Below, piece by piece: positions 55,807 to 64,000 of a DNA stretch of 64,000 nt. This stretch comes from Candidatus Subterrananammoxibius californiae (GTDB lineage: Bacteria; Planctomycetota; Brocadiia; Brocadiales; Subterrananammoxibiaceae). The stretch covers positions 1 through 64,000 of the forward strand of contig JAURAC010000018.1 of NCBI GenBank assembly GCA_030586555.1, given 5' to 3'. The notes below the pieces were generated by a model, which did no database searches, had not been told where the DNA came from, and saw only the letters and a program-made list of their open reading frames with translations. The position numbers and the translations under genes were made by a program. Every line of letters starts with the position of its first letter. The stretch's first letter is position 1.

Positions 55807-58251
55807 TTACCTATCACCTATATTATCATACATCTCAAGCATCTTTTTGCCGATGATTTCCCAGTCGTACTTTTTTTCAACCATATTTCTTCCATTTTTT
55901 CCGAGTCTTCTTCGTAACTGAGGGTCCTTGAGTAATCTTACAGTATCGCTGGCAAAGTGTTCAGGTGTCTTTGAGATTAAAACATTTTCCATGTGTATTG
56001 CATCAAGCCCAGCACAGGCTAAGGGTGTTGCAACAACAGGTTTTTCCATAGCCCATGCCTCCAGTATCTTTCCCCTTATGCCGCAACCGAGTCGGATGGG
56101 GACCACAAAAACACTGCTTCTTTCAAGATATGGTCTCAGGTCTTTGACAAAACCAGTTACGATAATATTTGTTTCATGTGCAAGATTCTTTATATCTGGA
56201 GGGGGATACGAGCCAACAACATAAAACCTTACATCGGGAACGCTCTTTTTTATTAAAGGGAGAATCTCGTTAGAAAAGTATATAACTCCATCTACGTTTG
56301 GCGAATGTCTAAATGAACCTACGAAGAGGAGTGTATTTGGTTCTTCTAACGAGGTTGTTCGCCACGGCGAATCTGCCTCAGGCACGACTTCGGCTTCGCC
56401 TCGCAATGACAAGGGTGTATTTGAAGAAAAGAAGGATGCATCCACACCCGTGTTTATAACCTCCGCTTCCTTGTCAATGAGGTAGTTATTGAGTTCAGCC
56501 GCATCTTCATGCGTTACGCAGATAACCTTATCGAATTTGTCACAGATGTCTACTTCCCATTTCATAGCCTTCATCCATTTATAATACAATTCCAGTTTAG
56601 AGAACAAGTTTTGCTCCTGCTTAAAAGCTATATAGTAACTGAAAAGGGCAACTTCGTGGTCTGTCAAGATCTTAAATATTCTGTTAGTACCTGGCGCATA
56701 TTGAGCCATTTGCGTGTATTCAAACTGGACGATATTGAAATCTGTTTCTGTCATAGTTTCTTTAATAAGACGACTCATCTCTTCAGACCAGAATTCGTCA
56801 ACGGCCCCGGGTATTGTATTAATTACATTTTTTCTCGGAGTAGGCCTTCTCAGGAGCGTTTTCACCGATACGCAGTGTTTCTCTATCTCTGGAATATATT
56901 TTTTTTCATCCTCAGATTCAAGGAATGAGATTAGGGTTATATCATGCCTGCGTGCCAGAATCTCTATGACTTTGAACATCCTCCCTCCGCCGGCGTGAAT
57001 GCCAACATGGGGGAGATAAGCGGTAACAAATAAAATCTTCAGCCTTATACCCTTTTCGTGTTTCTTCCTGGGCATGTATCTCTCTCTATATAAAGAAATA
57101 TTAGTTGAAACATCTAACACCTCTCTGTCGGTAAGGGCACATTGTCCGCTTAAGGCGGATGCCCTACGGATGTTTTTTGTGCGGCGTGTCAATGCACTTG
57201 GAAATTGTCCCAGGGCAAGGATGAATGAAAGGATGGCAGAAAACCCTTTTGATTTAAACGTAAAGTATGCAAGTCTTGCAGGCAAGAAGAGAAAGTAATT
57301 TAAAAGTAGCAAGTGGTCGGTGATATTTTTCCATACGAAGAGATAGATGTTCTTTTTTACAATGACGTCAATGTAGTTTTCTCCGAATCGTTTAGCAGAA
57401 CTTGCTCTATGCTTGTGATAGACCTTGCTTTCTGGGGCAAATAGTATTCGCCATCCATGCTTCCATGCGAGGTGTGAGATGTCTGTATCTTCCACATAGC
57501 AGGGTGAGAAGAGGTTGTCAAAACCACCTAATGTCAGAAATTTCCTTTTGTCGAAGGCAGATGACCCACCACCTGCCCAGTAAGTTGGGTAGTATCCACT
57601 GCGAAGGTTTTCCGAGACATTTTCATGGAAATATTCAAAAGCTCCAAATCTAAACTTAACCGAGGTTTTACCGGTTTCCTCCCTTCGTTTGTTTGGGTCC
57701 TGAAGAAAAATTTGACTGCTTACTGCAAATACGTCCGCATCTGTAAAACCTTCGGCTGAGCTCAGGTCGAAGCCATTAAGAAGCGGCCTTAGAAAGTTTC
57801 TGTCTACAGCCATATCGTTATTTAGTAAAACAACTATCTCTCTGCTTGCGGACTTTACTCCAATATTGTTCCCTTCGCCAAACCCGTAGTTCCTGTCTAA
57901 CGCTATAACCTTTACCTGTGGGAATTGATTTTCCAAGAAGCTAACACTTTCATCGGTGCTTCCATTATCAACAACTATAATTTCATGGTTCTGGTTATCG
58001 TATTCCACAGCAGCTACTACAGAGGGTAAACATTCTTCCAACAATTCTCTCCCATTCCAATTAACGATTATTATAGAAGCTTGAGTTTTGAGTTTTGAGT
58101 TTTGAGTTTTAAGTTTTGAGTTTTGATTAGAGGTGAGGTTTGCAAGTATATCGCTAATAAAAATAGTAATGTAAAGTATTAAAGACAACGGTATCGAAAA
58201 CAAAAATACAGCCAATGCGATAAATAATTTTACACAGCGCTTTAAAGCCAT
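55807..58251 (-). CDS. Fused GT2-GT4 glycosyltransferase
   Basis: N-half VDNGSTD/LLNND/EDTD; C-half FVGSF.H.PN, GIRGKILEA; at least four internal repeat inserts. Confidence 0.9.
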   Translation of the reverse strand: MALKRCVKLFIALAVFLFSIPLSLILYITIFISDILANLTSNQNSKLKTQNSKLKTQASIIIVNWNGRELLEECLPSVVAAVEYDNQNHEIIVVDNGSTDESVSFLENQFPQVKVIALDRNYGFGEGNNIGVKSASREIVVLLNNDMAVDRNFLRPLLNGFDLSSAEGFTDADVFAVSSQIFLQDPNKRREETGKTSVKFRFGAFEYFHENVSENLRSGYYPTYWAGGGSSAFDKRKFLTLGGFDNLFSPCYVEDTDISHLAWKHGWRILFAPESKVYHKHRASSAKRFGENYIDVIVKKNIYLFVWKNITDHLLLLNYFLFLPARLAYFTFKSKGFSAILSFILALGQFPSALTRRTKNIRRASALSGQCALTDREVLDVSTNISLYRERYMPRKKHEKGIRLKILFVTAYLPHVGIHAGGGRMFKVIEILARRHDITLISFLESEDEKKYIPEIEKHCVSVKTLLRRPTPRKNVINTIPGAVDEFWSEEMSRLIKETMTETDFNIVQFEYTQMAQYAPGTNRIFKILTDHEVALFSYYIAFKQEQNLFSKLELYYKWMKAMKWEVDICDKFDKVICVTHEDAAELNNYLIDKEAEVINTGVDASFFSSNTPLSLRGEAEVVPEADSPWRTTSLEEPNTLLFVGSFRHSPNVDGVIYFSNEILPLIKKSVPDVRFYVVGSYPPPDIKNLAHETNIIVTGFVKDLRPYLERSSVFVVPIRLGCGIRGKILEAWAMEKPVVATPLACAGLDAIHMENVLISKTPEHFASDTVRLLKDPQLRRRLGKNGRNMVEKKYDWEIIGKKMLEMYDNIGDR

Positions 58252-58294
58252 TTTGTTCTCTTACCTTCCATTGGCAATGTCTTATAATTCCTCT

Positions 58295-59152
58295 TTATTT
58301 ATATGCTCTACTTGTTTCAAGCCCTAATATTCTTAGTACACTTCCCATATCTTTGTCTGAGAGTATGCTCAAGTTATGTTCTAACGCCGACCATATACGA
58401 GATTCTATATTTTCATCATTAGATGTACGGGATTTATATTCAAGTACAAACGCCCAGGTTTTACCTCTTATTGGGAGAACACTAAATTCAAACTCTTTCG
58501 AAATCAGGTTTATTGCTTTTATAGAGTAACTTAAAATATGACCTCGTTTTACTGGGTCAAGGTAATTAATATTTTCATTTAAGACATATTCTTGTAGTCC
58601 TGTGTTAAAGATGTACAAAGCTCCCGGATTTGATATTTTAGCTAAACCTTCTAATAAACTTCTAACCATTTTTGGCGTAAGATGTTCTAATACCTCCATA
58701 CACATTCCTGCATCAAATTTGCTATTTATATCACTAACATCGCCAATAATATAATTTGGTGACTTAGTCTGGAATTCTGAGGGAGGGGGAAATTTCTCTA
58801 CACCATAAAATAGATTCGCATTATTTGGTAGATATTTAGAAACTGCATCCAAAAAATATCCTGCACCTGTTCCAATGTCGAGAAATTTTTTTATAGGTAT
58901 TCTGCAATAGTAAAATACTTCAGCCATTCTTGCCAGCGCTGCGCCATAAGACCTATCTTTTGCACTGGGGAGCTCATTTTCCCAATAAGTATAGTCATAT
59001 TTTACTATATTAAAGCCATTATCTATTTTGTCAATGAGTTGGCTATCAATAAAAATCAATTTACAATTAGCACACTGAAAATAGTCATATCCGTTTATGT
59101 TTTTTACACGGTTATTAGTGCTTTTTCCACAACATGGACAAGTATTTGTCAT
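58295..59152 (-). CDS. Class I SAM methyltransferase with N-terminal Zn ribbon
   Basis: CPCC..CANC, LDIGTGAG, EVLEHL; AT-rich. Confidence 0.85.
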   Translation of the reverse strand: MTNTCPCCGKSTNNRVKNINGYDYFQCANCKLIFIDSQLIDKIDNGFNIVKYDYTYWENELPSAKDRSYGAALARMAEVFYYCRIPIKKFLDIGTGAGYFLDAVSKYLPNNANLFYGVEKFPPPSEFQTKSPNYIIGDVSDINSKFDAGMCMEVLEHLTPKMVRSLLEGLAKISNPGALYIFNTGLQEYVLNENINYLDPVKRGHILSYSIKAINLISKEFEFSVLPIRGKTWAFVLEYKSRTSNDENIESRIWSALEHNLSILSDKDMGSVLRILGLETSRAYK

Positions 59153-59344
59153 CTGCTTATAACCCCTGAATTAGATAAAGGCTGTTACTTTTTGTATAAC
59201 AATTGGGGATAACGTCTTATAATTCCTATAAAAGGGTATTGAAGTGGAAACAAGAAAAGGATTCTCATTTTCGGATTAAGACCAAAACGCGAGAATTGGG
59301 CTGATAAATACTGCCCAATCGGTTACACGGATTTTTCTCTTTCC

Positions 59345-60070
59345 TCATCCAAAAACTCTCTTTTTCAGATACTTGCTTGCTATTTTATAGGTCTCTGGTA
59401 TTCCGATATCAATAAATTCGCCCTTTACGATATAACCATAAATATTGTTTTTAAAATTTCTTATAAATATGGGCAGTACCTCCTTTTCAAATGAAATAAC
59501 TTTGTTTTCTTCTATATCGCTAAAAATGTTTTTTTGTATCAAGTAAATACCTGCGTTTATTAATCCAGTCCCTGTGTCTTCCTTTTTTTCTTCAAAGGAT
59601 AAGATTCTATTTTGGCTATTAACTCTTACACTTCCGTAACGACTGACATCTTCAACTTCGAGTAAAACAATCGTTATTTTTGCTTCATTATTTCTATGTG
59701 TTATTATCAAGTCCTTAATGTTAACTTCCGTATAAGAATCACCGTTCAAAACAAGGATATCTTTGGTCTTTGTATGCTTTATTGCCTTTTTTATTGCACC
59801 GCCAGTTCCTAATAATTCCTCCTCAATGGAAAAAGTGATATTAAAATTATACTTTGAGCAATCCTTATATCTTTCTATTATTTTCTCTGCTTTATAGCCA
59901 ACTGCGAGGACAACGCTATTTATATAATTAAATTCGCTTAGTTGTTCTATTAAAATATCTAAAAAGGGTTTTCCGCCAACAGTGGCTAATGGCTTTGGAA
60001 TTTCATTAACGATGCTTCTAAGTCTTTTTCCTTCTCCACCTGCCAAAATAATTGCATCTATTTTTTCCAT
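59345..60070 (-). CDS. hddC: D-glycero-alpha-D-manno-heptose 1-phosphate guanylyltransferase-like nucleotidyltransferase
   Basis: LAGGEGKRL, PKPL, LGTGGA, NGDS, INAGIY, FIDIG.PE; adjacent to hddA. Confidence 0.8.
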   Translation of the reverse strand: MEKIDAIILAGGEGKRLRSIVNEIPKPLATVGGKPFLDILIEQLSEFNYINSVVLAVGYKAEKIIERYKDCSKYNFNITFSIEEELLGTGGAIKKAIKHTKTKDILVLNGDSYTEVNIKDLIITHRNNEAKITIVLLEVEDVSRYGSVRVNSQNRILSFEEKKEDTGTGLINAGIYLIQKNIFSDIEENKVISFEKEVLPIFIRNFKNNIYGYIVKGEFIDIGIPETYKIASKYLKKRVFG

Positions 60071-60075
60071 GAAGT

Positions 60076-61071
60076 TTAATGTTGAAGGTAAATAATTTTG
60101 GAACCTTCATTTTCAAATTCAAATTTTACTTCTAATAGGCATCGCAATGCATTCCTGACAGCTTGTTGCTTATCTTTCCTCACAATTAAACTCAAAAAAC
60201 CTCCTCCTCCTGCCCCTGATATTTTACCACCAGAGGCGCCGGCTCTTAGAGCAGTTTCATACGTATTGTCTATGAAGCTATTAGATACCTTGCTTGACAA
60301 GCATTTTTTTAGTTTCCAGCTTTCGTGAAGAAGTTCGCCTAATTGCCTAATCATCTCATCGGGTTCTTCGTCCGAGATTATTTTTTCCGCCTCGGAAACC
60401 ATTTGATGCATTCTCTTTAAATAATTATCCTTAGCCCTTGTCTTTGTATTTTCTACTTGCTCTTTTAAAATGTCATTGGCATACCTATTTAAACCTGTGT
60501 AAAAAGACAACGTTGATTCTTTTAAGAACTCCAATTTTTCTTTTGAAATAATAACAGGTCTTACGAAAATCCCTTTCTTGCCGAATTCTATTATGTTAAG
60601 CCCACCATAAGCTGCGTGGAATTGGTCCTGGCATCCTACACGCTCTTTAATCATTTCTTGTTCTATGTATATTGCCTCTTCAGCGAGCCGTTGTTTGGAA
60701 GTCTTCTTGCCTTCTAAGGCATATAAAGCATTTAAAAAGCCTACAGTAAATGATGAGGACGTACCAAGACCTGTGCGCGCTGGTAAGTCGGAAAAAATAT
60801 GAATATCAAAGTTACCATCTAATTTCTTGAATTTTAAGGTTTCTCTAACACTGGGATGTACAATCTCATCCACATTATTAACTAATTCAGCTTTGGAGTA
60901 ACCTACCCTGATTTTGTATTCAAAGAATTCGCTTACTCTATTAATACTTACATAGACATATTTGTCAATTGTGGTACCAAGAACTGCGCCACCTTCTCTT
61001 TCGAAATATTCACGATAATCCGTTCCACCACCAAAAAAACTTATTCGTACCGGCGTTCTTGAAATAATCAT
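60076..61071 (-). CDS. hddA: D-glycero-alpha-D-manno-heptose 7-phosphate kinase (GHMP family)
   Basis: RTPVRISFFGGGTD, PARTGLGTSS, G.QDQ, GGKISGAGGGGF. Confidence 0.88.
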   Translation of the reverse strand: MIISRTPVRISFFGGGTDYREYFEREGGAVLGTTIDKYVYVSINRVSEFFEYKIRVGYSKAELVNNVDEIVHPSVRETLKFKKLDGNFDIHIFSDLPARTGLGTSSSFTVGFLNALYALEGKKTSKQRLAEEAIYIEQEMIKERVGCQDQFHAAYGGLNIIEFGKKGIFVRPVIISKEKLEFLKESTLSFYTGLNRYANDILKEQVENTKTRAKDNYLKRMHQMVSEAEKIISDEEPDEMIRQLGELLHESWKLKKCLSSKVSNSFIDNTYETALRAGASGGKISGAGGGGFLSLIVRKDKQQAVRNALRCLLEVKFEFENEGSKIIYLQH

Positions 61072-61086
61072 TGTTTTCCTGCGTGC

Positions 61087-61145
61087 TTTTGCCTTTCTAA
61101 AAGATACGTCTTTAGCGCCTCTTTCCAGTCCTTCATGTCATCGAG
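61087..61145. repeat. 59-bp direct repeat, copy 1 (duplicate of rfbD 3' coding sequence)
   Basis: TTTTGCCTTTCTAAAAGATACGTCTTTAGCGCCTCTTTCCAGTCCTTCATGTCATCGAG, identical to 62148-62206. Confidence 0.95.
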
Positions 61146-61552
61146 TTTCCCTGCTTTAATATACGAAATAATTTCCGTGCAAGTTGTATGACCTTTTCCC
61201 CATCTGCTAAAGCTTCTTCAGCCTCTGCTTTGTTATAAGATTTCTCCATATAAAATGCAGGTGCGCGCTTCCTTGCCAATCTTGAGGAGATTTCTTTTAT
61301 CTCCACAAGTAATTTATCGTCCAGAGCAATTTTTTTCTCCTTACATGCTGTTTGAAAAAGTTCACCTACATCATGAGTCTTAGGATGTTCCATGCCCATC
61401 ATTTTAAGTAAACCTTTTAGAGATAATTCAACGACCTCTTGCGCTCTTCTTATTACTACATTCCACGACCCTCTGGCGAAAGCATGTTGTAGTTCTTCCC
61501 AGCATTCTTCTGCCTCAGAGAGTAACTTCCTTCCAACCTCAAAGTTGTTCAC
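61133..61552 (-). CDS. HEPN domain protein
   Basis: AQEVVELSLKG, PKTHD, C-terminal Y...EAEEAL..; GTGA overlap with the MNT gene. Confidence 0.88.
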   Translation of the reverse strand: MNNFEVGRKLLSEAEECWEELQHAFARGSWNVVIRRAQEVVELSLKGLLKMMGMEHPKTHDVGELFQTACKEKKIALDDKLLVEIKEISSRLARKRAPAFYMEKSYNKAEAEEALADGEKVIQLARKLFRILKQGNSMT

Positions 61553-62046
61553 AGGATAATTACCTCACCAGGTTTCCAGTTTGGCTTTAAGTCCCAGTAC
61601 CAACTCCCATCCTTCAGGTATACCTTCTTCGAACCCAATTCTGTAAGCCGCATTTTCAGGGCGTTAAGCCTATCTTTTAAAACCCCTGTATCGTGTATAA
61701 TTATACCGTGGTCTAATATATCTAAAAGAATTAGGGGATTTTCCATTAACTCCTTTTCTGTCATAAATATAGGATAGGGGTCTGGTTTTAACCCTTGTTT
61801 TCGCAATCTTTCATATTCCTCATTTTCTTTAAGTTTGAAAAGGATTTTTACTAACTCTTTAACTGGGTCAAAGTCTATTTCTGTGTGAACTATTAAAATG
61901 TCAATATCACTTTCCACTGATGCTTCACCGCGTGCAACAGAGCCAAAGAGGGCAAAAGAAAGAATTTTATCCTCGCCAAATCGTGCCCTTAGTTCGTAAA
62001 GGAGCTTTTCTAAAAAGACCTTGTATGTAGAGTAGCCGATACCCAT
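61549..62046 (-). CDS. Minimal nucleotidyltransferase (MNT) domain protein
   Basis: LFGSVARGEA..ESDIDILIV, C-terminal WYWDLKP..KPGE. Confidence 0.9.
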   Translation of the reverse strand: MGIGYSTYKVFLEKLLYELRARFGEDKILSFALFGSVARGEASVESDIDILIVHTEIDFDPVKELVKILFKLKENEEYERLRKQGLKPDPYPIFMTEKELMENPLILLDILDHGIIIHDTGVLKDRLNALKMRLTELGSKKVYLKDGSWYWDLKPNWKPGEVIIL

Positions 62047-62101
62047 AATAGCATATTTGTGGACGGCATTGACTACATCAATGCCTATCCAGTTTAGCCC
62101 C

Positions 62102-63142
62102 TCACCTATCCTCTCCCAGAAGGGGAGAGGGTTGGGGTAAGGGAGATTTTTGCCTTTCTAAAAGATACGTCTTTAGCGCCTCTTTCCAGTCCTTCATGTC
62201 ATCGAGACCGAGCTTTCGCAGATTGCAATGGTCGAGCACGGAATATGCAGGTCTTTTTGCCCTTGCCCCGTATGCCTCGCTTGTGGTCTCGCGTAGGGGC
62301 ACGTTGCAACGTGCCCCTACAGGGCTTAGCCCCTCTATCTTAAATATCTCCTTTGCAAACTCATGCCATGAGCACGCACCGTTATTTGTTATATGATATA
62401 AACCATACATGTCATTGCGATGTCCGCCTGAGGCGGACGAAGCAATCCCAATCAATTGGCAAACCTTTCTTGCAAGTTCCTTTGTACTTGTTGGGGTCAA
62501 TACCTGGTCATTTACTACCTTGATTTCCCTACCCTCTCGAGCAAACCTCAGCATTAGTTCCACAAAGTTGCCCCCCTTGCTCTTACTTCCTGTCGCGCCA
62601 GAGGCGGATTCACCGTGGCGAACAATACCATACAAGCCGCACGTCCGTATAATAAAATACCTCTTTAGAATATACCTGATGAAGTATTCCCCTGTCAATT
62701 TTGAAATCCCATAAACGCTAATAGGTCGTGGGGCATCATCTTCTTTATAAGGGGTAGTTTTTAAGCCATCGAATACGTAATCAGTGCTAAAGTGGACTAA
62801 CGTAGCATCTATATTTTTACAGGCTATGGCAAGGTTTCTTACACCGTATGCGTTTACATTAAAAGCCCTTTCAATATTATCCTCACAATCATCCACCCTG
62901 TTATACGCCGCAGTATTGATAACCACATCGGGACGATGTCTTTCAAGGATTTCCTTAACCTGATTGAAATCAGTAATTTCTATGTCTGCATGGGTGAGGG
63001 GAATTAAAAGCAAGGGGGTGGCATGGACAAACTTGTTTGTCCGTGCATCTTCCAGACTTGCTTTTGGCGAAATCTCAGGATTCAGCGCCTTTCTCAAATC
63101 ACTCCCAAGTTGTCCATTAGCGCCGATTAGTAATGTTCTCAT
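62102..63142 (-). CDS. rfbD: dTDP-4-dehydrorhamnose reductase with multiple repeat-derived inserts
   Basis: GANGQLG, NTAAY..VD, STDYVFDG, YGISK, DQ..TPT, RP.YSVL; 346 aa versus about 285-300 typical. Confidence 0.93.
   Translation of the reverse strand: MRTLLIGANGQLGSDLRKALNPEISPKASLEDARTNKFVHATPLLLIPLTHADIEITDFNQVKEILERHRPDVVINTAAYNRVDDCEDNIERAFNVNAYGVRNLAIACKNIDATLVHFSTDYVFDGLKTTPYKEDDAPRPISVYGISKLTGEYFIRYILKRYFIIRTCGLYGIVRHGESASGATGSKSKGGNFVELMLRFAREGREIKVVNDQVLTPTSTKELARKVCQLIGIASSASGGHRNDMYGLYHITNNGACSWHEFAKEIFKIEGLSPVGARCNVPLRETTSEAYGARAKRPAYSVLDHCNLRKLGLDDMKDWKEALKTYLLERQKSPLPQPSPLLGEDR
62148..62206. repeat. 59-bp direct repeat, copy 2 (inside rfbD)
   Basis: Identical to 61087-61145. 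Confidence 0.95.
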
Positions 63143-63155
63143 AAGGTAAATATAC

Positions 63156-64000
63156 TCATGATTCTTTTGTTAAGGCTATTCTGGTTACGGCAATTTTCAT
63201 CTCCATATCATCATTTATTCCTGAATCTGTAAGCATCGGCTGTTTTTCAAGCATTATTTCTACCTTTATGAATCGGGTATGCTTTAAATCGGGGGGGATT
63301 GTTGCTTTGCACGTAAACGCTCCGAATTTATCAACCAACGTTTCCGCTGCTTTAATCCCGTTCAAGAACACGCTCATCTTGAGGATTTGTCCTCTGAAAT
63401 ATTTTTTTTCTAAATGACCTGCTATCTCGAGAGATTCATAAGGAATGTTCTTTTTTAGATAGACAACGCCTTCCTTGCCCATCACATGACATTCACTCTT
63501 TTTGTTTCTTACAAAGTTATCCCAGCCTTTGCCTATTTGTTTTTGAAAACCATCCTCACAAAAGTTAATGTAACTTTTGTAATCGAGCGTAGATTTTAAG
63601 AATGCATGTCTGAGGTAGGGTTCAAGCGTTCCTGCCACTTTTTTGTCAAACATTTCATTTGGCGTTAATATCTTGTAAACCGAATAGATATGTTCGCCAT
63701 CTCTTTGATGAAAATTTTGTTGAACAACAGACTCTACCCCTGATTTCTTTATCGTTTCATTAAATGCTTCAAGAGGAGGTTTAAAGTTAGTGTAACGTGG
63801 AGAATGAAATAAAAATAGACGGTTCCCTTTCAGAAAAAGTTCTCTTATATGCCTATCTTGACCGGATACATACCGCCAAAAGGAATCACGTATATTAATT
63901 CTTCCTTCGGAGAGGAACAGCAGATTGTGCGTAAAGCCCCAATCCATGGCTAAGACAGGGACATCGCCCTGTTTTTTGATGTATTCGGCAAGGTCATAAA
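63156..64000 (-). CDS. Hypothetical protein, 5' part beyond window
   Basis: Frame stays open from 63947 to the window edge (YDLAEYIKKQGDVPVLAMDWG...). Confidence 0.7.
   Translation of the reverse strand, partial: YDLAEYIKKQGDVPVLAMDWGFTHNLLFLSEGRINIRDSFWRYVSGQDRHIRELFLKGNRLFLFHSPRYTNFKPPLEAFNETIKKSGVESVVQQNFHQRDGEHIYSVYKILTPNEMFDKKVAGTLEPYLRHAFLKSTLDYKSYINFCEDGFQKQIGKGWDNFVRNKKSECHVMGKEGVVYLKKNIPYESLEIAGHLEKKYFRGQILKMSVFLNGIKAAETLVDKFGAFTCKATIPPDLKHTRFIKVEIMLEKQPMLTDSGINDDMEMKIAVTRIALTKES

Overview
Bacterial chromosomal window (moderately AT-rich) with mostly housekeeping and envelope genes: a MacA/MacB-type efflux pair (partial), glyS, an arginine/polyamine operon (pdaD, DHS-like speY, speB, argJ), trpD, rpsU, a Do-family protease, topA, dnaE, queE-queC, a very large MscS, a GT9 heptosyltransferase, tRNA-Ser(UGA) with a small accessory islet, a DUF4175/peptidase-TPR pair, korB-korC, two MNT/HEPN-type toxin-antitoxin pairs and a surface-polysaccharide cluster (GTs, methyltransferases, hddA, hddC, rfbD). 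An anammox-type planctomycete host is a guess, not a demonstration. The strongest signal is not a gene. At least 8 families of short palindromic REP-like elements and several 7/8-mer microrepeats fill intergenic spaces, nest inside each other, and are also inserted in frame at more than 25 sites in about 15 otherwise intact proteins, including DnaE, TopA, ArgJ, QueC and RfbD. No mobiliser is encoded in the window. Other highlights are a DUF1566 gene whose 3' end looks like a diversity-generating retroelement variable region with no local RT or template, an MNT-HEPN cassette bounded by a 59-bp duplication of the rfbD 3' end, and two genes split by single in-frame stops. Coordinates were read by eye and may be off by a few bases; protein family calls are from motif recognition, not database searches.
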